Assembly (NCBI GenBank): GCA_027451365.1
Contig: DAIDJN010000041.1
Coordinates: 89,679-153,678 of the forward strand
DNA from: Phycisphaerales bacterium
Lineage (GTDB): Bacteria > Planctomycetota > Phycisphaerae > WQYP01
Length of the DNA: 64,000 nucleotides
Reading direction: 5' to 3'
The notes below the pieces were generated by a model that searched no databases, was not told the DNA's origin, and was given only the letters and a program-made list of their open reading frames with translations. Positions 40,132-50,339 of the stretch are shown here, piece after piece; position 1 is the first letter of the stretch; every line of letters starts with the position of its first letter. The translations under genes and the position numbers were made by a program.

Positions 40132-41043
40132 ATGGCAGATACGCATAACCCCACACCACACGACGACGCGGACGGTATTGTTCCTTTGTCCAGTGTGCGC
40201 AACGCCCATCAGGCGGCAACTGTGGCTGCGGCCGAGCCGACGGACCCCGTTGCCCAGGAATCGCAGTCGGAGGAATCAAATCCCCAGGACGTGCCCTTGG
40301 CAATTATTTCCGATATTCACGCCAATTACGAAGCGCTGCAGGCGGTCATGGCGGAAATTCGGTCCAGGAATATTGAACACATCTGCTGCCTGGGGGATGT
40401 GATCGGCTATGGCCCCAATCCACTGGAATGCCTGGATGCCGTCATTGAAAATTGTGAATTCACGATTATGGGCAACCATGATTTCGCCATTTTTTACGAG
40501 CCATTCAATTTCAATACGGCGGCGGAAAACGCCGCGTATTGGACCCGCGGCCAGTTTGAAGCCGACGCCGACCGTGCCCGTCGCAACCGTCGTTGGCGTT
40601 ATCTCGGAAATATGCAGACGCGCATGAACCACAAGCGATTCCTTGCGGTGCACGGTTCGCCGCGGCGCCCGATAAATGAATACATTTTCCCTGACGATAT
40701 TTATTCGGCCACGGTCAAAATTCAAAGCATTTTTGACCGTATTACGCACCTTTGCTTTGTCGGCCATACGCACGTGCCGGGCGTTTTTGTGCAGCAGCCG
40801 GATTTCTATTCGCCGGAAGACTTAAACAATGAATATCGCATAAGCGATGAAAAGGCGATCATCAATGTCGGGTCGGTGGGTCAGCCGCGCGACCACGATC
40901 CGCGCGCCAGTTTTGCGATTCTGCATTCTGATCGCGTGGAATTTCTGCGGGTCGCTTACGATATCAATACAACAGTGGATAAAGTACGGTCTATCGACGC
41001 ATTGGATAATTTTCTCGGGCAGCGCCTGCTGGAGGGAACGTAA
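40132..41043 (+). CDS. Calcineurin-like metallophosphoesterase (PP2B/ApaH/PrpE-like phosphatase)
   Basis: Motifs 'ISDIHAN', 'GDVIGYGP', 'GNHD', 'VGHTH'. Confidence 0.8.
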   Translation: MADTHNPTPHDDADGIVPLSSVRNAHQAATVAAAEPTDPVAQESQSEESNPQDVPLAIISDIHANYEALQAVMAEIRSRNIEHICCLGDVIGYGPNPLECLDAVIENCEFTIMGNHDFAIFYEPFNFNTAAENAAYWTRGQFEADADRARRNRRWRYLGNMQTRMNHKRFLAVHGSPRRPINEYIFPDDIYSATVKIQSIFDRITHLCFVGHTHVPGVFVQQPDFYSPEDLNNEYRISDEKAIINVGSVGQPRDHDPRASFAILHSDRVEFLRVAYDINTTVDKVRSIDALDNFLGQRLLEGT

Positions 41044-41241
41044 CAATTCGGTGTCACACTGATGAAGCCGGATTACAACGACGAATTTCTGATGCGGACC
41101 TTGTTCGGCGGACGGCCAGCGGGGTGTTGGGCTGGCGGAAAATCGGTTTCCACCCAGCTGCCGCAGATGCCCGTGTGGTTCCAGAAAAATATTCCAGATG
41201 AGGTTTGCGCCAGCCGCCAGCCCGCTTAAAACAGGAAAATC

Positions 41242-43170
41242 ATGGACTTAAAAAAATTATTTCGACTGATGCTCATTGTGCTTATTGCGGTGCTGGGCAC
41301 GAATCTGGTCATGAAAGAGTTCTTTGCGCCCAAAGCGAAGCCCGCGGTTGGTAGCACCGCCGCCCCGAAGGCATCGGCCGGTCATTTGCCGATGGTCGTG
41401 ATTAACCCATCGGCGGTGAAGCATGTGACGCTTGGAGACAGCAAAGCCGGTTCTCCGTTTCATCTGGAGGTGGTGCTTAGCAACGTCGGGGCGGGCGTGG
41501 CGAAGGTGGAAATTAATTCGTCGCTGTATCGGGCCGCGCTGGATTCATCCAAACCGCTGGTGCTGCTGAAGCATCGCAAGGGATTTCCGCTGGCGTTTGC
41601 TTCGCGTTCGGCCATTATTCCCGGCCAAGGCATGTTTAATCTCAAAACCCCGTGGACGGTGACCCGGGTAATAGATCACACCACAGCCATTCTGAAGTGG
41701 CAATTGCTGGATACCAAAGAAAAGCCGCTGGCGCTGCTGGAAAAAATTTACCAGTTGAATCCAAACACGTGGAATTTGCATGTCACGCAGCGCATCATCA
41801 ATGAGACTGCTCATCCATTGCGGATTGCCTTGAACCTTTTTGGCAGCACCAGCTTGCCACTGGGCCACGAAGAAACGGACCTTCGCACGGTTCAAAGTGC
41901 GACCTACCACAGTGCCAGCAAATATCTGGACATCAGCGGATCGCCCGAAGCCTATCAGGCCAAAATGCTGGGGGCCGATACCGCTCCGGTGATTCTGGGA
42001 AGTTTTGCCGGCAAAAACAGACTTCTCTGGATTGCCTCCTCCAATCGGTTTTTCGTTACCATTTTCCGACCGCTGCCGGCGGGTCCGCCCGAATATGAAA
42101 TGCTGGACAGCGGCGTGAAAATTCCCCGGATCAATTATCTGGGCAATGCCACAGTTAAAAGGGTCGGGGAAAAAGCCGCCCAAGCCGACCCGCGCGGCGT
42201 TCTGGCGGTGGAGCTTGCCGGCCAGACGTTGGATATTCCCGCCCATGGTCAGGCGGATATGCCTTTTACCGTCTATTGCGGCCCGAAAAAGAGAGCCATC
42301 CTGGCCGGTTCCAGCCACGCCAAGCCTGGCTCTGCCGCCTGGGATTACCGCGTCTATAACTATCTGTCCGTCATTCAGTTTAACCAGGGAAGCTGGTGTT
42401 CGTTTATCACGTTCTCCTGGCTTTCGCTGGCAATTCTAAAACTGTTGGACTGGATCCACGCGGTGGTCGGAAATTATGGCGTGGCCATCATGATTCTTGT
42501 TCTGTTTGTGCGCCTGCTGCTTCACCCGCTTACGCGCTGGGGACAGGTGAATATGAGCACGATGCAGCGTAAAATGGCCAAACTTCAGCCTGATATTGAG
42601 CGCATTAAAACCAAATATGCCAAAGACAAACAGCGCCAGCAGCAGGAAACCATGCAGCTTTATAAGGAAAAAAATGTCAATCCGGCCGCCGGCATTCTCG
42701 GTTGTCTCCCCATGCTGCTGCAAATGCCCATCTGGATCGCTCTGTATTCCGGACTGCAGGTGGATATTGATCTGCGGCAGGCGAGTTTCATTCCCGGCTG
42801 GATTACGGATCTTTCCAGTCCGGATACCCTGGCGCGGTTTCATACATCGTTTCAGGTTCCGATAATCGGCTATTCCCATCATGGGCAAGATTTTATCGCC
42901 TTTAATCTTCTGCCCCTGCTGCTGGGGGTTGTGTTCTATCTGCAAATGCAGTTTCAAATGCGGCTTTCGCCAACGCCGACAGATCCGCAGCAGAAACAGA
43001 TGCAGAAAATGTCGCAATTCATGGTGCTGGTGTTCCCTCTGTTTCTGTATAACGCTCCGTCAGGCCTTAACCTGTATATTTGTGCCAGTACCCTTGGCGG
43101 CCTGATTGACATGACCTTCATCCGGCGTCATCTGAAAAAACTTGAGGCCCGTGAGGCCGCCACTGCCTGA
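41242..43170 (+). CDS. yidC: Membrane protein insertase YidC (Gram-negative type with large periplasmic domain)
   Basis: N-terminal TM. About 330-aa periplasmic domain. Conserved C-terminal core 'LYKEKNVNPAAGILGCLPMLLQMPIWIALY'. Confidence 0.8.
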   Translation: MDLKKLFRLMLIVLIAVLGTNLVMKEFFAPKAKPAVGSTAAPKASAGHLPMVVINPSAVKHVTLGDSKAGSPFHLEVVLSNVGAGVAKVEINSSLYRAALDSSKPLVLLKHRKGFPLAFASRSAIIPGQGMFNLKTPWTVTRVIDHTTAILKWQLLDTKEKPLALLEKIYQLNPNTWNLHVTQRIINETAHPLRIALNLFGSTSLPLGHEETDLRTVQSATYHSASKYLDISGSPEAYQAKMLGADTAPVILGSFAGKNRLLWIASSNRFFVTIFRPLPAGPPEYEMLDSGVKIPRINYLGNATVKRVGEKAAQADPRGVLAVELAGQTLDIPAHGQADMPFTVYCGPKKRAILAGSSHAKPGSAAWDYRVYNYLSVIQFNQGSWCSFITFSWLSLAILKLLDWIHAVVGNYGVAIMILVLFVRLLLHPLTRWGQVNMSTMQRKMAKLQPDIERIKTKYAKDKQRQQQETMQLYKEKNVNPAAGILGCLPMLLQMPIWIALYSGLQVDIDLRQASFIPGWITDLSSPDTLARFHTSFQVPIIGYSHHGQDFIAFNLLPLLLGVVFYLQMQFQMRLSPTPTDPQQKQMQKMSQFMVLVFPLFLYNAPSGLNLYICASTLGGLIDMTFIRRHLKKLEAREAATA

Positions 43171-43194
43171 GGCCCGACGCCCATAGGCACCTGC

Positions 43195-43800
43195 GTGCGG
43201 CGTCCGGCAAGGATCATTTGCGTGCCCAAACTATTTGCCAAAAAGCATTTACGCCGGCATCCTGGCCGGTCCGCTGTTCCGCGTGGGGGTAATCCCCGGC
43301 CGCCAAAGCCGCGTTCCATGGTGTCGGTCAATCCGCGACCTGTGGCCATCAATATGCCTGGCGGGAAACGCCTTGTTACAACTTTGGTGCGCCCAAAGGG
43401 CGAGTCGCGATCGGTGCCGGCCCATTCGGTTATTGTGCTGGTGGGGAAATCCGGTCGGCGGATTCCTTGGAAGCCCGGCACGCAATATACCGGCGGCGCA
43501 ATGTGGCATTCAGATGTCCGCGGTAATCTGTTTGGCTATGATTTCCGCCACCCCGGGCAGGTTTATATCTGCCGGCTGAACGGCGAACATGTGGCCAAAT
43601 TGTACCTGAGCCTGTTGCGCAAGAATATACTTAAGCCCGTGTTTTTCCGCACCAGTTCGCGCGGCATCCGGTACATTGCCGCCAATGGTCTGCGCAAGAC
43701 GCTGACCTGGAGCGCTGTGGAAAGAAACCTGCGGCGGCGGCGTGGGACGCCCTACGCCCGCAATGCCATGCGCTGGCTGACGGGCGGCCAAAGCCGTTAA
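43195..43800 (+). CDS. Hypothetical Arg-rich ORF; coding status doubtful
   Basis: ORF of 201 aa between yidC and recN. No motif found. An overlapping antisense ORF of similar size exists. Confidence 0.2.
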   Translation: MRRPARIICVPKLFAKKHLRRHPGRSAVPRGGNPRPPKPRSMVSVNPRPVAINMPGGKRLVTTLVRPKGESRSVPAHSVIVLVGKSGRRIPWKPGTQYTGGAMWHSDVRGNLFGYDFRHPGQVYICRLNGEHVAKLYLSLLRKNILKPVFFRTSSRGIRYIAANGLRKTLTWSAVERNLRRRRGTPYARNAMRWLTGGQSR

Positions 43801-43923
43801 TTTTTCTTCAGTTCCAATGTTCCCGGCTAAGCGGCCCTATGCGTTTGGTCAAACCCCGGTAGAATACCCTTCCCGGGCAAGGGGCGGCTTTGTCCGGCTG
43901 TGAAACGTGTTCCATGGTGCGCC

Positions 43924-45750
43924 ATGCTGCGTGAACTCCATATTTCCAATCTGGCCGTTATTGCCGATGCCAATGTGGAATTAAGTCCCGGATTGAATTG
44001 TTTCACCGGCCAGACCGGCGCGGGAAAATCCCTGGTTCTGGGCGCATTGGAATTGCTGCTGGCCTTGCGTTCGCCACAGAATATGCTGCGCAGCGGCAGC
44101 CAGGAGGCTCGCGTGACCGGCGTGTTCCATCTGGCCAGCCCGAAATTACGTCAGACCGTGGCCGATCTTACTGATCTTCCTCTGGCCGATGAACCGGACA
44201 TGATTCTCGCACGCCGAATTCATGACAGCGGCCGCACCAGCGCATCGGTCAATGGGCATCCATTAAACGGGGCGATGCTTAAAAGCATTGGCGAAACACT
44301 CGCGGACATCCACGGCCAGCACGATGCGCAGTATCTGTTGAAGCCGGGCAATCAGTTGGCCATGCTCGATGATTTTGCCGGCTGCTCTGATTTGGCGGAT
44401 AACTTCCGCGCGCTTCACCGCCAGCGCCGGGAAATTCAGGACCGGTTGCATCAATTGGCCGCTTCGGAATCTCTGCGTCGTCAGCAGTTGGATCTTTTTG
44501 AATTTCAGGCGGCCGAAATTGATGAAGCCGCATTCACCATTGGCGAACAGGAGAATCTGGAGAATCGACACCGGCTTTTGTCCAACATGGAAAAAATAAA
44601 GCGACAGGCCGCTGCCGCCTATGAAGCCCTGTACGATCAGGAAGGCGCTGTGGTGGGGCGGTTAAAGGCAATAACCGGCATTCTGCTGGACGCTGCCGAG
44701 CTAGCCGGCGAAATTTCTCCCATCGCCGCGCAGGTGCGTGATGCCGCCGTAAGCCTGGACGACGCCGCCTTCGCCCTTCGGCACATGATGGACCGTCTGG
44801 AACTGGATCCTGATGAACTGGCACGGGTGGCTGAGCGGTTGAATCTGCTGAATCGGCTTCTGAATAAATACTGCGGTTCCGGCGGGTCCCTGACCGACCT
44901 GATGCAGTATCGTGTCGCGATCGGCGAAGATATTTCCCGCCTGCAGGCCGCCGATCAGGATTCGACCCAGAATCGCCAGCAGGTGGTCGAACTGGAACAC
45001 CAACTAAGCGCAGTGGGGGCGCGGCTTGCCGCCAAAAGGCGTGCCGGTGCGGACAAGCTTGTCGGGCTGGTGCAGGGCCACCTGACCGAATTGGGTATGA
45101 AGGAAGCCCGCCTGCAACTGCATTTCCAGCCTGCGGCAAACGATGCCGCGCGGCTCGCGGCGAGCGATGGCGTTCTGGACAGTTTTCCCCTGCCCACCGG
45201 CTTGGAAATTGTGGATATTCTTATTGCTCCCAACCCTGGCCAGGAGCCAAGGCCGCTGCGTAAAATAGCCAGCGGCGGTGAGCTTTCCCGCGTCATGCTT
45301 GCCATTAAATCCATTATGGCCCAGCCCGACCGCGTCAGTGTGCTGGTCTTTGACGAAATTGACGCCAATGTCGGCGGCCGCATGGGCACCGTGCTTGGTG
45401 AGAAACTGCGGGCCTTGGCCCGGCATCATCAGGTATTGTGCATCACCCATTTACCGCAAATTGCTGCATTTGCCGACCGACATATCCGTATTCGTAAAAT
45501 TGTTGAAAATGGAGAAAGCTTCACCACTGTTGAACCCTTGGAGGGAGAAGACCGCATTCATGAACTCGCGGAAATGATTTCCGGCAAGCAGATCACGGAA
45601 ACATCGCTGGCCCAGGCCCGTGAACTGCTGGCCGTGGCGGGCAACGTTCCAGCCGGGGTCGCCAGCAGGCCGGCGAGCGCAGTAAAGACCGCGACTTCTC
45701 CCAATATCGGGCACCGCAAAAAGGCCGCCAGCCGCCGCGGCTCGCATTAA
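43924..45750 (+). CDS. recN: DNA repair protein RecN (SMC-like ATPase)
   Basis: 'MLRELHISNLAVIADANVELSPGLNCFTGQTGAGKSLVLGAL' N-terminal Walker A. Coiled-coil middle. C-terminal 'SGGELSRVMLA' signature and 'VLVFDEIDANVGG' Walker B. Confidence 0.85.
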   Translation: MLRELHISNLAVIADANVELSPGLNCFTGQTGAGKSLVLGALELLLALRSPQNMLRSGSQEARVTGVFHLASPKLRQTVADLTDLPLADEPDMILARRIHDSGRTSASVNGHPLNGAMLKSIGETLADIHGQHDAQYLLKPGNQLAMLDDFAGCSDLADNFRALHRQRREIQDRLHQLAASESLRRQQLDLFEFQAAEIDEAAFTIGEQENLENRHRLLSNMEKIKRQAAAAYEALYDQEGAVVGRLKAITGILLDAAELAGEISPIAAQVRDAAVSLDDAAFALRHMMDRLELDPDELARVAERLNLLNRLLNKYCGSGGSLTDLMQYRVAIGEDISRLQAADQDSTQNRQQVVELEHQLSAVGARLAAKRRAGADKLVGLVQGHLTELGMKEARLQLHFQPAANDAARLAASDGVLDSFPLPTGLEIVDILIAPNPGQEPRPLRKIASGGELSRVMLAIKSIMAQPDRVSVLVFDEIDANVGGRMGTVLGEKLRALARHHQVLCITHLPQIAAFADRHIRIRKIVENGESFTTVEPLEGEDRIHELAEMISGKQITETSLAQARELLAVAGNVPAGVASRPASAVKTATSPNIGHRKKAASRRGSH

Positions 45751-45875
45751 ATGTGGCTGGCGCGGTCTTGAATTCGTGAGCAATTGGCGCTTGGCATTTT
45801 ACCTGCCATAAGCCGCCCAATTCGGGCGGTAGGGCATCTCCAAAGGAACACTGGCCTCTGTCTGAGTTGTGCGGC

Positions 45876-46586
45876 TTATGGGCGCGGTGGATTGGATTTA
45901 ATCTTATTCGTATCAAGTGTGACCGCGCCATGCCGGGCCAGGGCGCCGCCATCCTGAATTGACGCACTGTTCATTATGATAATATCCGTGGTGGCAAGAA
46001 TGGTGCCTTCAAATGCGCTGTCCGCCCCAAGGGTGGCCGAACTTCCCACCTGCCAGAACACAAAATTCCTTGGCTCAGATCCATTGCCACGGTTAATGGA
46101 AATAACGGCTGATTTGGTGCCGGTGGTCAGAGTTGTCCCGATCTGAAATACAAACTGGGCTTTTTTATTGCCTTGGCAGTCAAGTGTGAGTATCCCGTTG
46201 AGAGTTGCCAACGACGAAAAATAATATACCCCGGGCAGCAGCGTTAACCCGCCCAGGTCCTGGCCGCTTAAATCGTGGGTCGGTTTCATCCCCTGAACCG
46301 CTTTGTAAGCGGCGGTAAGATCAATATGCGCTTTGCGGGCGACATCATCGGCCATTCGCTTGGCATGGGGCGATAAGACAATACCCGGCGGGAAGCCGGT
46401 GATATCCTCGCTGTGACTGGTTCCCACATGGCCTCCATGCACCGCGGTATCGCCGGTATTCGTGACCGCGGTACCGCCCAACACCGCAAAATTGGCGGCG
46501 GAATCTAAAATAAATTGAACCGGCGCGTGCAGCGGAAGCGTGCCCAACGGTGCAACCACCAGCATAACAAGTGTTTTATTTACCAT
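45876..46586 (-). CDS. DUF3494 (ice-binding-protein-like beta-helix) secreted protein
   Basis: AAGGAG RBS. Signal peptide. 'AANFAVLGGTAVTNTGDTAVHGGHVGTS...ITGFPPG' matches the DUF3494/IBP family start. Confidence 0.7.
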   Translation of the reverse strand: MVNKTLVMLVVAPLGTLPLHAPVQFILDSAANFAVLGGTAVTNTGDTAVHGGHVGTSHSEDITGFPPGIVLSPHAKRMADDVARKAHIDLTAAYKAVQGMKPTHDLSGQDLGGLTLLPGVYYFSSLATLNGILTLDCQGNKKAQFVFQIGTTLTTGTKSAVISINRGNGSEPRNFVFWQVGSSATLGADSAFEGTILATTDIIIMNSASIQDGGALARHGAVTLDTNKIKSNPPRP

Positions 46587-46978
46587 GGCCAATTCTCCTT
46601 TTTCACACACCGCCGCGTGGGGATGTGCGAATATGGCGCGACTGATCTTCGGTTGGGCATCGTGGAGAACGAGCTAAAGGAAAGCTGGATTCCGGGTGGG
46701 CGTCGGGGCGACTCATGCCAAGGTTTCTAAACCAACCCGCGCGAGCCGTGCGACTTCAAGCGGCCATGCTCTAGCACACTTGAATTATCAGTATAGCAGC
46801 AATTGGCGTACCGTGGTGGATTTGGTTAATTATTTTTAAAGATAGGCGGGCGGCTATCACACAGCCGGACACATAAACCGGTCAATATCAGGAAAGTCCG
46901 GATATACCTGACTTTAGTTTCTGCAAAGCCGGGGTGCTTATTGTCCGGGAATCGTCAATTTTGCCCAATTCATTCGAA

Positions 46979-47797
46979 TTATGTCCGGCGGCTGCGCCAG
47001 CGTGTCGTAAGTGTGTAAATTCCCACCAGGCCCGCCCCGGCCAACACAAGTGTTGCTGTGGCTGGCTGGCCAACTGCCGCCGGCCCGGTATTGATATTGC
47101 TGCTGGCGCAGTTACTGATGGTGTTGGCATCCAGTGTTACCGCGCCATTGCGTGCCAGAGCGCTGCCGTCGGTAATTGTGGCACCAGTATTCAACGTAAT
47201 GCTGGTTAGCGCAAGAATATGTCCTTCAAATGCGGTTCCTGTGCCCAGCGTGGCGGAACTACCCACCTGCCAGAACACATTGCAATCTGGTGTTGAACCG
47301 GAATTCAGAACCACAACCGAAGCGTTGCTGGCCGTGGTCAGCGTGCTGCCTATCTGAAAAACAAACTGCGCGGCCGAATTGCCCTGGTCATTAAGCGTCA
47401 GTGTTCCAGTAAGGCCCGCAGACGAAGAGAAAAAGTAGGTGCCCGCCGTTAGTGTTAATCCGCCCAGGTTCGTTCCTGTCAGATTCTGCGTGGGGGCTAA
47501 ACCTGCGCATGCATTGTAGGCCGTTGTTAAATCACTCTGAGCCTGACTGGCGACTGCATTGGCGGAGTCCAGTGTGTATGGAGATGTCACACTTCCCGGC
47601 GGAAAGCCGGTAATCGCCGTGCCCGGACTTACTCCCACATTTCCCCCATCTATAACCGTGTTACCTGTATTGGTCACGGTTGATCCGGCCAATACCGCGA
47701 AATTTCCCGCCGTGCCCAGCACCACGGCGGCTGGTACCGCCGCCGGGGAAACTGTTAATATCACCAACGCGGAAAAAATGATAGTCTTGGTAAACAT
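46979..47797 (-). CDS. DUF3494 (ice-binding-like) paralogue with C-terminal PEP-CTERM-like anchor
   Basis: GGAGG RBS. 'AGNFAVLAGSTVTNTGNTVIDGGNVGVSPGTAITGFPPGS' is collinear with the upstream paralogue. Tail 'GQPATATLVLAGAGLVGIYTLTTRWRSRR'. Confidence 0.7.
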   Translation of the reverse strand: MFTKTIIFSALVILTVSPAAVPAAVVLGTAGNFAVLAGSTVTNTGNTVIDGGNVGVSPGTAITGFPPGSVTSPYTLDSANAVASQAQSDLTTAYNACAGLAPTQNLTGTNLGGLTLTAGTYFFSSSAGLTGTLTLNDQGNSAAQFVFQIGSTLTTASNASVVVLNSGSTPDCNVFWQVGSSATLGTGTAFEGHILALTSITLNTGATITDGSALARNGAVTLDANTISNCASSNINTGPAAVGQPATATLVLAGAGLVGIYTLTTRWRSRRT

Positions 47798-48342
47798 TGG
47801 TCGCCTCCATTTACTTTTGTCGCCGGGTGGCGATACCAAAAGGTCGCATTTAAATAAAAAGCTGGAAGCCCTATAATTAGCCCGCCCCGCTTTTATATGT
47901 CCCAGCCATCCCGTTGAGATTGCCGAAATGATGACTAATCTCGATTACTATGTGTATGCAAACCATGTGCCGTGTTGGGTAAATCATTAAGTTGACTGAA
48001 TTCATAAAAGTTCTTGCGATCTTGGGGCTGCTTGCCGAGATTCAGTTACAGATGCGACGCAGAGGGGGCGGCAATAACGCCGCCGCCGGACATAATGTCG
48101 CGGACATTTTGTCCCAGTCGGTTGGCGAATTGCGTAAACAGGCAGAAAATTGCTGGCCAAATAATATTATTGCCAAAGGTATGGATATTGCATGGTAGTA
48201 CGTGGGGTTGTTCACGATTTTATTAATTGCGTCCCATTTTTTACCTGCGCAGAGCGTTCGGGTTGGGCGTCAGCCGCGTTCGCCAAGTCTCATTGGCTTG
48301 CTTGTAGGTGCAAAAAGACAAGATTGACCGCGGCTCGGTTGG

Positions 48343-48388
48343 CCAAAAAAGGGACAGGGACGTTCCGCCCTTTCGGTCGGAACGTCCC
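48343..48388 (-). terminator. Rho-independent terminator for the 48453..48875 gene
   Basis: Minus-strand stem GGGACGTTCCG / CGGAACGTCCC (11 bp, 10-nt loop) followed by UGUCCCUUUUUU. Confidence 0.5.
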
Positions 48389-48452
48389 CGTTTACACCTG
48401 TGCCCCACTCGTGCTGCCCCACTGGCATTTGCCGCCCCACACCACGGACACT

Positions 48453-48875
48453 TTACCACTTTTTTAACAGGTATCTACGATCTATGCGATTCCAGGAATC
48501 GCGCACGGCCTGTCTGGCCGTATCCCAGTTTAATGTGGATTTACCCCTATGTGCCGCCCAGTCCCGTATCAAAATCAGTTCAACTTCCGCGAATAGGCGG
48601 GGATCATAAAACACCCGCGCTTCCCAGCCATATTGGTAGGCCGGGGCGTATTCTTCGTACGACACACCGGCCCTGACGTATGGACGTGAGTAATATGTCG
48701 ACCGCCAGAACCCATGTTCTACGACCGGGTCAAGTTCATTTATCGGGTCTTCGTTCATCTGGTCACCGCCTCGGTTTGGATGTTGCGCCTCGTCGGTTGT
48801 CTTAGGTACTGATAGCGGATCGGCTGAACTGAATTTCGGAATGGCTCTCTCAAAATTGACATCATGCAGCGTCAT
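48453..48875 (-). CDS. Hypothetical protein (140 aa)
   Basis: ORF with a downstream terminator. Tyr/Trp/Arg-rich. No family recognised. Confidence 0.4.
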   Translation of the reverse strand: MTLHDVNFERAIPKFSSADPLSVPKTTDEAQHPNRGGDQMNEDPINELDPVVEHGFWRSTYYSRPYVRAGVSYEEYAPAYQYGWEARVFYDPRLFAEVELILIRDWAAHRGKSTLNWDTARQAVRDSWNRIDRRYLLKKW

Positions 48876-49251
48876 GGTTCGACTTCTCCAATCATTCCTG
48901 CGGCATATCCATTGGCTGCCCGCCTAGTGCAGCAACACAGAATTCACTGAAGAAATTTCGGGAAACTTCCTCATGCCGGTTGTTGTATGCAATTGGTGTG
49001 CCGCTTTTCAAATCAAGTGCGTACCAAGGCCAATTTTCATGGCATGCTGGCGGCGCGAAATGGCTCATGTGGTGCATAAATCTGGCCGCAAACGATCGCA
49101 TGGCATATTTATGCCCGATTGTGCCGTTGGGCAGTTCGCCTGTAGCAGATCACATGCTGCCGTTGCCTGTCAGCCCGTTCTGACCGAACAACTCGCCAAA
49201 ATGTCGCGGACATTTTGGCATTGCCGGCGCGTTTTGGATTAAGAAAGCCGA

Positions 49252-49286
49252 AAAATGGCCTGTTTGGCTGATAAACAGGCCATTTT
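49252..49286. promoter_or_regulatory. Perfect 14-bp-arm palindrome (AAAATGGCCTGTTT-N7-AAACAGGCCATTTT) in a divergent promoter region; operator candidate
   Basis: Seen directly in the sequence. Lies between the divergently transcribed 48453..48875 (minus) and GGDEF (plus) genes, so it is unlikely to be a terminator. Confidence 0.4.
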
Positions 49287-49410
49287 CCCGTCGGCATTGC
49301 AATTGCAATAACAATAGTGCGCCTGCAGGTGGCAGGTATGTTGCCTTGCTTTGCGCTGGGGCGCGGAAGGCCATGCTGGCATTTGTCGAATGACTTATCG
49401 GGGATTCAAT

Positions 49411-50316
49411 ATGCCTGAACCAATGCGGCAATCGGAAAGCGGGTCGGCCGTCCCGGCTATTTTATCTCCGACTGGTGATCACGCCGTGAAAACGCTTGAA
49501 TCGCTGCACCGGTATATGTTGCTTGTCGCACAACATCTGGAGGAAAATGTGCACCGCATATCCATGCCGGCCCGCGGCCGGGAAGGGCCGCCTTTCGGCG
49601 AGACGCTGGACCGCATTATCCGCAAATGTGTTCATGACCTGCAATCCCTGACGCATTCCATGGCGGGAGAACTCGCGCAACGCGCGGCTCTTGAACAGCA
49701 GTTGCTGGCCACCCAGACCGTTGCCGAGCAATATCGGCAGATGGCCTTTCATGATCCGGTGACCGCGTTGCCCAACCGCATTCTGCTGCACGACCGGCTG
49801 GATATCGCCCTGGCCCAGGCCAGGCGACATAAACGTTCGTTTGCGGTTCTATTTATAGACATTGATAAATTCAAATATATAAATGATACGTTCGGACATG
49901 CCGCCGGCGATACCATTCTGCGGCTGATTGCCGACAAGCTGCGGGGCTGTATGCGAACCGAGGACACCGTAAGCCGCGCCGGCGGGGATGAATTTCTCTG
50001 CCTCCTGATGGAAGTCAAAAACCAAGACGCGGTAAAATCTGTCGCCGAGTGCATGTTCGCCCAAATCGCCCAGGCTGCGGGTACCGTTGGCTTTAATATC
50101 GCGGTGAAACTCAGTGTTGGCTGTGCCATGTGCCCGCTGGATGGCGTAACCCCCGAAATCCTTTTGCGAAACGCCGACAAGGCCATGTACCGCGCTAAGA
50201 GGGCCGGGACAGGCCTGGCCTTTTGTGATGACCATGCCGCGGATATTGATAACACATGGAAGGACAACTCCATCTCTTCGTCAGCCATGAGAATGCCCAC
50301 AAGTTATCGCTGTTGA
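49411..50316 (+). CDS. GGDEF-domain diguanylate cyclase with N-terminal coiled-coil
   Basis: 'FHDPVTALPNRILLHDRL', 'FIDIDKFKYINDTFGHAAGD', 'SRAGGDEFLCLL' (intact GGDEF). Confidence 0.8.
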   Translation: MPEPMRQSESGSAVPAILSPTGDHAVKTLESLHRYMLLVAQHLEENVHRISMPARGREGPPFGETLDRIIRKCVHDLQSLTHSMAGELAQRAALEQQLLATQTVAEQYRQMAFHDPVTALPNRILLHDRLDIALAQARRHKRSFAVLFIDIDKFKYINDTFGHAAGDTILRLIADKLRGCMRTEDTVSRAGGDEFLCLLMEVKNQDAVKSVAECMFAQIAQAAGTVGFNIAVKLSVGCAMCPLDGVTPEILLRNADKAMYRAKRAGTGLAFCDDHAADIDNTWKDNSISSSAMRMPTSYRC

Positions 50317-50339
50317 AAAGCCGGGGCGCCCAAACTGCG

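Noticed and set aside
40968-40980. DnaA-box-like 'AGTGGATAA' near yidC as evidence of oriC
   Set aside because: Single imperfect box inside a coding region; no cluster, no dnaA/dnaN/rnpA neighbours.
46870-46900. 'caggAAAGTCCGGatat' resembling the RNase P RNA P4 'GGAAAGTCCGGGCTCC' core
   Set aside because: The match is only about 10 nt. The obligatory downstream GGGCUCCA and the rest of the conserved RNase P structure are absent.
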